64,000 nt of DNA, taken from Mytilus californianus (lineage: Eukaryota). Where the stretch lies: the NCBI RefSeq assembly GCF_021869535.1, contig NW_026262604.1:21390001-21454000 (forward strand), written 5' to 3'. A program made the translations under genes and the position numbers. Shown piece after piece: positions 38,464 through 48,380 of the stretch (the first letter of the stretch is position 1; every line of letters begins with the position of its first letter). The notes under the pieces are model-generated. The model had not been told where the DNA came from, did no database searches, and saw nothing but the letters and a program-made list of their open reading frames with translations.

Positions 38464-39203
38464 GTAAATACAGGATACATACGAATGTCTTAACACTCCA
38501 ATTATCATTTTAAAAGAAATAAAAGATGTTAATAGGTTTTCGTTGGATATTATAGTTATATTGTATTCAATTTGTGAAAATATATGATAAAAAAAATACT
38601 TACACATGCAACACTTGTTATAATATATATTTTATGTTTTCACTGCGATCATTCGTAGTGAATGTTAGAATCAGGAACATGACTCTCCCGTTTTGAATTT
38701 TCATTCGAGTTCGGTATTTTTGTTATTTTACTAAACAATACTCACTCCAAAACGAAATACAACTAGTAGGCAGACAATGTAGGAGATGTCAATCATGTTC
38801 GATGATAATAAACACTGAAGTAAGAATTATAAAGATCAATTGTTTGCGAACAATTGAAATGTCTTTCCTTCCATTGATTTTAAGATGTACTCCCACACAC
38901 TCGTCGCGCAAACATACTGATGGTTTCCCTTGATTGGATGAATTTAGTGGTATATCTATGATTAACGCTTAAATCATGTTACACTCCCCTACACCATTGG
39001 TCAAACTTTTGTTTACGTTTCACATTGAAGTTTTTGAACCCAAGATGGTAGTAAGAATAAAAACCTGTGAGGCTTTTGATTGGATGGTATGCTTATAATC
39101 ATTAATTTTATGAAATATCAACCACTTATGTGCACCACTTATTACAATTTGAAATGATTCATTTGACAGTTTCTGTGAAATTTTAGTTTTTTATTTGGAA
39201 CAG

Positions 39204-39233
39204 GATGACCGAAAATTTTGCTGTGTCATTTAG
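39204..39233 (+). CDS. Candidate terminal coding exon, DDRKFCCVI-stop (CaaX-like end)
   Basis: Acceptor TTTTTATTTGGAACAG|GAT, phase 0 and compatible with the 38463 donor. TAG at 39231-39233; AATAAA at 39319-39324. Confidence 0.5.
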   Translation, partial: DDRKFCCVI

Positions 39234-39546
39234 TGTGGATTTTGGAAGCGTCCTAAATAACTGTTATTTAAGGCTATTTCCGCTGCATTAACAGCATGCT
39301 GTGTTTTTCTCTTACTGAAATAAATTCTTATTATGCTTACTCTCAAAATTTTGCTTTATTTTCTTTGCAATTTATGTGGTTTTTTTTTTATAGTTAGGAT
39401 TCAAACAGACAATGTACTATATAAATAATGCATTATAAATAATTGTGCAATTGTTATCTACATCACTTATCAGAAGTGAAAATGGGGTGTCTTTTTATTT
39501 CGTCCAATCAAATTGTGTAAAAAATGCAGTTTTATGTAAATATTCC

Positions 39547-40204
39547 GGACCATATGAGTATTTGGACCATACGCGTATGGTCATGACCATATGCATGTAC
39601 TCATATGGTCTGACCATATGAGTATTACACTCGTTTGGTTATTAACGGGTCGTACCATATGAGTATTAAGACCATATAGGAAATTTTCGAAAAAAATTCT
39701 AGCTTTCGCAGGAACACACAGCTCATTCTCCGAACCAAAAAACGGCACACGTTACTACCATCAATTTAAAGCGCCTTTCTCCTGGCTGTCGACTTTTGTG
39801 TCCACAAGTGAAACCACGGGCGTTTGAGACATGTACCTATTTTGAGACATGTTCTTTTTCTTATTTTTACTTAATTGATGTCTCCTTGCACCGAATAATA
39901 TACGATCTTAATGTTATTGTAAGATCGTATGAGTAGGAGCAAGAACACATTTTAAAAATAATTAAAACAATTTGAAATATTTAAGAAATTCTAATTTAAC
40001 AAACACAAAAATTCTTATTTGTGAATTAAATTCACATTGTTTCATTAATCATGTGATTGAATATGTCAAATATTCATTTTTAAGAAACCCTTAACTATGC
40101 GACACCTTTTCAACGTTAATCATCAGTTAATTACCCGGACCATACGCGTATGGTCAGACCATATGGATATATACACGCGTATGGTGCAAATACTCATATG
40201 GTCC
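39547..40204. mobile_element. MITE-like element with terminal inverted repeats and palindromic subterminal repeats
   Basis: GGACCATATGAGTATTTG at the left end, CAAATACTCATATGGTCC at the right end. The perfect palindrome GACCATACGCGTATGGTC occurs at both ends, with multiple ACCATATG motifs. Confidence 0.8.
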
Positions 40205-40829
40205 TGAACCTAAATATAATTGCTTGATATTTTCACGGAAAGGATATATATGTTCCGACAAGGCTCTATTCAAATGAATTTAATTTAGCTTTTTTAATTT
40301 GCCTTAAATTCTTCACTGACCTTAGTAGGATTCAGCAGGTAAGAATTGAATATGTTTCAGGGCATTACATTTGCTTGCGTTATTTGCAATGCATTTAAAA
40401 ATTTGAAAGTCTCCATGCTGGACACCCAAATTTACAGGCTTTCTCCATATTCACATAGGCACGCACATGTCTTATAGTTACCCTATACTATAAAATTTAT
40501 TTGTATAGTTGCTAGAATGATTTTCAGAAAAAAGTTAAATGGTAACCCAATGAAAACTGGAAGATTTATTTTATAATAACGTGTTTCTGACATCCAAGAG
40601 CGCCAGAGATATTATCCCCGGAACAATTGAAAAGTTTTCCTTTGGTAAAATTTACACTCGCACAAACTAAGAATGCTTTCAAAAGAACTAAACAAAAACA
40701 TAAAACCCTTAAAATAGGGTCAAAAACTCAAAGTTCATTACCTAGGATGTGACATTGACCTTTGATCTTATGACCTTTATCAAAGGCATTAATCTCTAAT
40801 ATAATTTCAAAAGACCAAATAGGTATAAG

Positions 40830-41400
40830 ACCTTTGGTTTATAACCGGTCTGATGTATCGGGCAAGTCATGAAAATGTAAATATCTACGATACTGAAATG
40901 CTTTAGAAAATCTAGGAGTTGCAAATATCCACTTGTCTGGCTTTTGTTAGAAGTATCTTTCAAGTCTATGACAATTTCCACACATAAGAGTTGCCTATCT
41001 AATTCCAAAATATGCCTTCATTTAAAGTAATGTTATTGGCGTCCATTATTCCTTTGTTATGGCCAGTCTCACTTTCAATTTTGGTAGTTGCGTTTTTCTG
41101 GGTCCATTTACAAATTTTATCTATGAGTTCGTCGGTAAAACAAATAACTTAAAACAGTCCAGGTCGTAATTATTCCCATCCGGCACTCGACGTGGACCAG
41201 AAATACCAGTGGAATAAAAGTTAAATGTCGAATTCGACATTCTGAAAGTTCAGTGGAGGTTCCATAATATAGTCCAGCACAAACCCTTCAAACTCCTCGG
41301 CGTCCTAAAACTCTATCAAGGGCATTGCCACCCCAAGATAATGACGAATATCAATGTTTTCCCCATGAGAATTGTCACTTTCTGATGGTCCTTCAGACTC
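40830..41400 (-). mobile_element. piggyBac-family transposase remnant (N-terminal part)
   Basis: Minus strand, with frameshifts: GISGPRRVPDGNNYDLDCFKLF / FTDELIDKICKWTQKNA / WTPITLL*MKAYFGI / KWIFATPRFSKAFQYRRYLHFHDLPDTSDRL. This fits the PGBD pattern F.LFFT.E..I, W.P.T..E.KAF.G, RYLHF, DRL. Confidence 0.75.
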
Positions 41401-41504
41401 ACATTTGCAAAACATGAAAATAAAATTCCTCCTTAAGGAATACCTTCAAAACCACTTTCAACCACTTTTGATTTAAAATCTGTTGCTCAAGTTGAAACTT
41501 GCAA

Positions 41505-42191
41505 ATGCCCTCCATGGAAGCAAAAAATACCCTTGATGACCCTTTATCTAACTGTGATATACCATATACCGATTTTAGATCTAATATAAGAGAATATGTT
41601 TTTAATATATTGAAAGATGAAAGGAGTAAAAAAGATGATAATAAATTAAATGAAATTAAATCTAAATTAGGTAAACCTTTTAATATTTTATGTGCAGAAA
41701 AGATCAGTGTGTTATTTCTAGATGCCGTATTGGTCATACTAGAATAACAAACAATTATCTTCTACAAAATAAAGATGAACCACAATGTATTCCTTGCAAC
41801 TGCAAGTATACTTTTAAACATGTTTTAATTAATTGTATTGACTTTGCTGATATTCGTAGGAAGCATTTCAATGTCAATAATATGTATGATTAATTTAATA
41901 GTGTTCCAATTACAAATATTGTTTCATTCTTAAAAGAAGTTGGAATATATTATAAAATATAAAAATATTGTATAAATTTAAAACGATTTTAATTTTAATC
42001 ACGTTATCTGAGTGTTGAATTTTATTTGTTAATAAACAGTTTGCTTTAGACTTGAATGTTAGTTTGTTGACGGACCTTTTGTCTGATTTTAAAAATATAC
42101 TTTAAATTGTAAAAATATTTGAATTAGCTCTTGCCTCGATATAGCCTTTTTGCGCTCATGCGGCGTAAAGCAAACACCAATCAATCAATCA
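41505..42191 (+). mobile_element. 3' fragment of an I/Nimb-like LINE (post-RNase H region, C-terminal Cys/His motif, 3' UTR, (CAAT)n tail)
   Basis: EAKNTLDDPLSNCDIPYTDF... then ISRCRIGHTRIT...PQCIPCNCKYTFKHVLINC...FLKEVGIYYKI-stop. The UTR ends GCGGCGTAAAGCAAACACCAATCAATCAATCA. Confidence 0.85.
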
Positions 42192-44087
42192 TTTCATCAA
42201 TTGCCTTATTAACAATGGATATATTATGCAACGGTGTACGATAAGGTTTTAGTTTAATTGGTTCATGGTTTCCTGTTTCTATTTCCATTCTAACAGTTTT
42301 AGTATATCCCAATTCAGAGTCTTTTAAAGCAAATATATCCTTATGTTTACTTAACAATGCGTGTACTGTTTCCTGGTATGCAAGGGGCATATTAACTTCG
42401 AATTAAACATCCGTTTATAGTTTGACATTTTTAATCTCTTTCAAAACTGACTAAATTTTTTTAAAGAATCGAACATATCCTAGCAACTGCTGTTCCTCTT
42501 TTAAGTCTAAAAGTTTTGTTGGTACTATTTACTAAATGAATTGGTATTTTATTTAAACATTGAAATTTTGCTACTGCATTTCCTACCATTGAACCTGGTT
42601 CTGAACTTAAACTTCCCTTATCCAGGGATGAAATTTCATATAATTTTGACTTTGATAGTTCCGTTCCTTTTTTCAATTTTGCCATGCATATATTTGAAGT
42701 TTGGGGTTTCAAAACAATTTTGTTTGATAATCTCAAAATTGTTGAAATATGAATTATGTTAGCATATATATTGCCTACCCTTAACATTCCCAAATCGTAG
42801 TAAAACCTTACCCCATTTTTAACAAGCCAGTCACGACCTAGTATTAAATTTCTGTTCATGTCCGAAACCACATAAAATAATTATGACATGTTTGTACTTT
42901 TTATATAAAAGTCTATTTCTATGCATCCTCAAACGTTAAGTGAATTTACTGATTGGAGTTGAACTGTCTTTTTATTTAGTTTTGATAAATTATCTAAAGA
43001 TTTATAAACATTTAAATGCATTAAGACAATTCCGCTCCATAATCAACTAATGATTTTAACTTTTTTCGATTAATATTTATAATGCAACTATTTGGATTTC
43101 CTGCCAAATTTATTGTTTAAATTTTTGTCGTTACTTGTCTGTTAATTCTCTCTTCTTCGGCTGAAACAAAGAGAGCATCCTTGTTTCCCTGATATTGTGA
43201 TTGAATGGGTAGAGAATAACAGCATATGTCGAATATGTCCGCATTTCCCACAATTCCATCAAATGATTTCTTTTTTTTATGGTTTTGTCTGTTTGATAAA
43301 CAGGCCTATCCTTATCTTTGTCTTTATCGAAAGCATTGACTTGACGAGGCATTTTCCTGGTCCTATACTCCCTAGATTGATGCCCAATTTTGTTACAATT
43401 GTAACACCAACGGGCAGGTCTGAAGTGGTCAACTTCCGTCCAAAAATCCCGTCCTGTCTGAGTTAACCTCTCCCTCCTTAAGTCGAACTTTTTTCTTAAA
43501 ATTTGCTCTGTCATAGCAATTGTAACTGCACACTGCAGTGTGTCAGGGTTTTTCTCGCATCATTTTCATTTTTAGTTGATTTTGAGACAATCTTTTAATG
43601 AAAAAAATGATAAGTTGCGACTGGATTATCGCTTGATTTCCATCTAAACCGCTGAACGCTTCTTCTGCCAAAGTCAATAAACGCTCAGCAAAAACCTGAA
43701 CATTTTTTATCGGTTTCTGTTTTATTTTATTCATAATTTCAAAGGCATGCTGAGAGTTAGTCACTTCAGCAAATTTTGAACTCAGTTCTTCTTTTAACTG
43801 ATGCCAAGTTCCCTTTGGGTTGTCCCTAAGCTATCTATGTATAAAATCGCTTACTGAGGTTGTGCTTTACTGCTATGCTACTAGTTTTGTATCATTTTTT
43901 TCTAAGTTTGTTTGCATAACATCTTTTTCAATTGATTTCCTCCAATTTTTTAACTGAACTTGATCGCCCGCAAGTGTAGGAATAATTTGATTTACCCCTT
44001 GAACCCCTTACTTTGTCGATAAGCCTTGTAATTAATACGAAAAGTTTTGAGTGTTACCCCAAATTGTTGACCCTCTTGTTCAGCCAT
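42192..44087 (-). mobile_element. Decayed Ty3/Gypsy LTR-retrotransposon gag-pro-RT(5') fragment
   Basis: Gag start MAEQEGQQ at 44087. NVQVFAERLLTLAEEAF; zinc knuckle CYNCNKIGHQSRE; protease LVDYGAE (~43030-43050) and LILGRDWL; RT lead-in EPIKLKPYRTP...KAIDEM, cut off at the LINE tail. No LTR identified. Confidence 0.88.
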
Positions 44088-44999
44088 AGTGAAAAAGTAA
44101 CGTTTTAAAATACAAGAAAAATCACCTATCTTTTCTGACAAAGTAAGATCCCTGGACACGGCAACCTAAAACAACCCTATGCGGCACTATTGAACTTAAG
44201 GGCTGAGAAGAGGAACTTTTTTATTCAGTGCCAAGTTACAGTCTGAATTGTCTTGTCAGAGACAGTTCCTTTTATAAAACTACGAACTTGACTTTCATTT
44301 TGAAAGAATTTTGTTTGTGCTAGGTACTTACTTTTAGAAAGCCCAAAGCCACAAATAAAATTGTTCTAAACAGTGACCATTACTTTTGGTCCCATAAATT
44401 TAACATTAGGTTAATCAAAACAAAACTATAAATGTTTAATTAACGGGCTACAACACGATGACCGCCTGTTACTGACAGAAAAAGCAATGTTCCTAAACTT
44501 GAACATCCCTAAAGCCAAAGCATGTACATATAGAAAGTTACGTTTGTAGATTAACAATAATACATAATATGATTTGATAATTATAAACTTTACCAAATAT
44601 ATTCAATAATTTCATTTATTTCGATCACTGCATAGTGTTACACACATACAGTGACGAACATGTAATCTCGAAATTTATACAATTTATTTCACAATACCAG
44701 TCCTAACAAGTTTCATGACAATGATTGTATTTAAAGGCTGTTTTATAATTATTTGGACTTCAAACGATAAGACTTAAAACATTATCCAACCGAAATTATA
44801 ACAGAAACATAAAAAATGAATACATGAATGTTGGATGTACAAAATATCGAGACACGTCGTATAGCAATGCAAATCACACTCGGTATAACAGTCATATTCG
44901 GGAAGAGTTTACGTTCGAAACTTGGAAGACAGACGACATAGATATTAAATCACAATCTAAGACGTGGTAAAAATGTCATTAGTTAGTTTAGACGCAGAC

Positions 45000-45390
45000 A
45001 CATCGTATAGATCAACCAATTAGTGATAGTGTACATAAAAATTTACGGTTTGTCATTTTTAATCTTTCCACCTCATAACTCCGTTTGAACAGTTTCTGCG
45101 GACGGAGCACACTCTTGTATATGAAAACTCCACACAATGGTGCAGAGGGTATGTTACTGCTCAGCAATGGGAAATTGATAATTGCAAAGTTGAAATCATC
45201 CCGTTTGTCATAGATTTCAGTGTGATGTCGTCGATCTGTGTCAGTATTGAGGAAAAGATCAAGATATGAAGCAGTCCTTCTTGTATCAGTAGTATCCTTA
45301 ATTTCAAGTTCACTGGGATAAATAAGATGCAAGTACTGACTGAAATGTGGGTTATACAGTGATATGACTCCATCAATATATCTAAAAGTA
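45000..45390 (-). mobile_element. Naiad-type RT remnant
   Basis: ORF 45012-45332 reads IYPSELEIKDTTD...ASYLDL...IYDKRDDFNFAIINFPLLSSNIPSAP. Confidence 0.85.
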
Positions 45391-46179
45391 AAATTAAAGA
45401 ATTGTGCTTAACACATTAATAGCTTGAATATGAGTATCATCTTGTTTTCTCGAGGATTCTTCTTCTGTTTCTTCTACGTAACTTTCTCCACAACCGAGCA
45501 CCGTGTGTCGAGGTAACACAATCTTATTATTTTCTTGTCTACATAACTTTCCCTACAACATAGAACCATATCAGACGATATCAAAATCTTATATTAGTGT
45601 ATAAACTTATATAAAAACGTTAAAACCTGAATGCTTTTATAAATAATGCTGTTGTTATAAAGATAAAATAATGACTCGATTAAAGAGAAGAATAAAAAGC
45701 TTATGCAATGTAGTTATCGGGAGGGGATTCTGATTAGTGTTTTTGTTACAAAAGAAAAATCTAGGAAATCTTGTAAAATATCTGGTTCGTCTAGGAATTT
45801 GTAATTTTCTTGATTTTATACATTAGATAACTGTTAATTCGGTCACGATTATGTACAGTCTACGGCAATTCCTCACCTAGGTTCTGCTATCTACATCATA
45901 CATAAAAAAATGTCCTCAATCAATGTCTTCAACTATCTTCATGATTTTGAATATGTCCTCTTCTATCTACTATTATACTACTGCTGTTCCATATAGTTAT
46001 AGCTAATAATCTCCTTTAACAAACCGTCAGTTGGGTTTATGACCCTTACAGAATGATAAAAACAATACAGATATAAAGTAACAAAGTTACCCCTTAAAGA
46101 CCCAAACATTTTTCACCATTTAAATCTCCTCTATCTATAACCATTAGAGAACAATAGGGAAAACTAGGGAAAACAAAGA

Positions 46180-46632
46180 AATGTCAAAATCTAAAACAGG
46201 ACCTTTGACCTTAACCTATATTTCCAGTTTATTGTCCAAGGATCTTAAATCTAAAGACCCTAGGTCTTTACGGCTTATTGTTTATGAGACACTTCAGCAT
46301 TTCCCCTAATTAAAATATTAAATGGGTGATAACTCCTATAAGAAGTCATCGGATCACTTCGGTCAATATGTATTATATTTGCGACATGTGGCCAAGCACA
46401 TTTAAAAAACATGTTTTCGCTAACTCTTATAGTGTATGAAGAGTAGCAATAACATTGTTTTGGGGATTGGGGGAGATAACACTTATAAGGTCAACAGTAC
46501 AGTTTGGTGCCCTAAACACAAAGATTTTAGTAAACAGAAACTTCGTAATTAATATTATTGAAATTAATAATAATAATAAACAAACGAAATACATTCAGGT
46601 TTTTCCATTACGAAGAAAAGACCTTAATTAAT
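46180..46632 (-). mobile_element. 5' portion of a Helentron-like non-autonomous element (reverse copy of the 53566 family)
   Basis: Reverse complement of the head AAGGTCTTT...GGAAAAACC plus (TTA)n at 46560-46632. The body matches 53700-54060. Confidence 0.75.
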
Positions 46633-47111
46633 GGAAAAGAATAGAGTTGTAGTTCTTCTCCTTTGCTAAGATAGAATACAGCTTTATTTCAGAGGTGTGA
46701 GTGGAGGGAGTGAAGGAAAAAAAGGTGGAAAGGGAAACATTTTATGATATGAACGGTACATTAAAATTGTTAAAAACGCTAGTGAATAATATAAATCAAT
46801 TGCTTTAAAAAAAGCAATTGTAGACGGTCGTTCCCCTTTCGAAACATAATTGATAAATGCTCTGTTTGGTTTTTTTTTGTTTTTTTTTTTGTTTGTTTGT
46901 ACTTGCTAGCTTGCTTTGTTTGTTTGTTTGGTTGTTTGTTTTTGTTTGTTTATTAATTTTTTCAGTGAATATCTCAACGTTTACCAGTCGATTGTTTTCA
47001 TTATAAGGAGAGAAAAAAGCACAAGTAAAACCCACACAAGAGATTTACCGTCCAGTGAAGGATATGTCTTTATTTATTAGGATACAGTAAAAGAAAGAAA
47101 CAGGTTTGATG

Positions 47112-47112
<1 letters not shown>

Positions 47113-47147
<35 letters not shown>
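47113..47147. repeat. Poly-C tract (35 nt)
   Basis: Homopolymer run; its length may be an assembly artefact. Confidence 0.95.
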
Positions 47148-47148
<1 letters not shown>

Positions 47149-47169
47149 CCGAAATAAATAGAGGGACAG

Positions 47170-47462
47170 GACCCAAGTTCACATATTCATACAGAGGTCC
47201 GCATTCTTGATTTTGTTAAGATTCTATATTAAGATTGGAAAGTTTTTATTCTATTTTATGTTCCGCGTGCGTCTCTCGTGCGGATTATGACGTCACGAGG
47301 CTTGTTTATGTACGCGAAAATTTAACACATTTCTTTCTATTTAGGTGGAGATGTTGAACAGACAACATGTATATAGGCGGAAAAGAACATTACGTATTTT
47401 TTTAGTTACTGTAGGTAATTGATTTTTCGATTGGAGTTCACGAGCAGTGCATGCTTTTGATA
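47170..47462. repeat. Dispersed repeat with an inverted copy at 55565-55830
   Basis: TTCACGAGCAGTGCATG, AGGTGGAGAYGTTGRACAGACAACATGTATA and GGAAAGTTTTTATTCTATTT all occur reverse-complemented in 55565-55830. Confidence 0.8.
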
Positions 47463-47829
47463 TATTTTATCCTGTGAAATTTTATAACATTTTTATATTC
47501 TAAAACGAGTTGGGAATCTTTGTCTGATAGAAGAAACCGTTATTTTACAATAGTTATAATGGACATACTCTTAATTATATACGAACATTAATACCACCTC
47601 CTGTATCAATTATTTCTGGGTATGATCTTCGAAACAGCCCTGACCTCATAGTACCATTTTGTAGATTAGAACTAACAATACATTCATTTTTTCCAATGGA
47701 CATTTACGGAAACTAGGTCTATATCTACATTTGACAAAAAACAAGGGGTAATCTCAAAATATAAAAAAAACCAAGAGTTACATAATAAAGCTAAATGACT
47801 TTTTTATATGTAAATACGACACACAAATG

Positions 47830-48380
47830 TATCGTATATAGTCATATAAGATTTGATGTCGCCACAAGGTCACCGTTACTTTGTATTTTTTTCTAATTCT
47901 TCGATGGCGTGTTCAACCTCTACCCTACAGTGTGTAATAAGTTTATTTAATTTTTTACGCTTCTACATATTATTGCGTTTTTGAGCAATCTGTTGCGCTG
48001 TATAAGGTGGCAATACTGGATGGCTGTTCGGATATCTTTTGTCTCCCCGCATAGACAGCAGAGAAACATACGCTTTAATCGAGGAACATAGTAATTATTC
48101 TTCCTTCTATGTTACGTTTCTATTATAATATGTGTCTTACTTTTTTTCGTAAGGCAAAATCAGAAAACATTTCATTTAGAGGATACTCTTCAAACAATGC
48201 GCTTGAAAATAGATGAAAAATGCGACAAGAAGTTACACTATATGATTATCAAACCCACCGCAGCGCAGTGCATTTGAAATATTGATGTCAGGTGTCGTTC
48301 TTTTACATAATTACAGTTTTGCATCAGCAACTGCTCCCTTGCCAATTTATGTAGTGTGTGATTTCTTTTAACAATTTCTT
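47830..48380 (-). mobile_element. PIF/Harbinger-superfamily DDE transposase remnant
   Basis: Minus strand reads GDKRYPNSHPVLPPYTAQQ...KLNKLITHCRVEVEHAIEEL (GDK at 48038-48049, RVEVEHAI at 47903-47926), matching the family pattern GDxxY, PY, FN, RVxVExxxG. Upstream WQGAVADA weakly resembles the GAID motif. Confidence 0.65.

Noticed and set aside
44090-44990. Expected Gypsy 5' LTR and primer-binding site
   Set aside because: No convincing TG..CA boundaries, tRNA-complementary PBS or second LTR found.
47113-47147. Poly-C/G tract as a functional G-quadruplex
   Set aside because: Homopolymer length is unreliable in assemblies, and no context suggests function.
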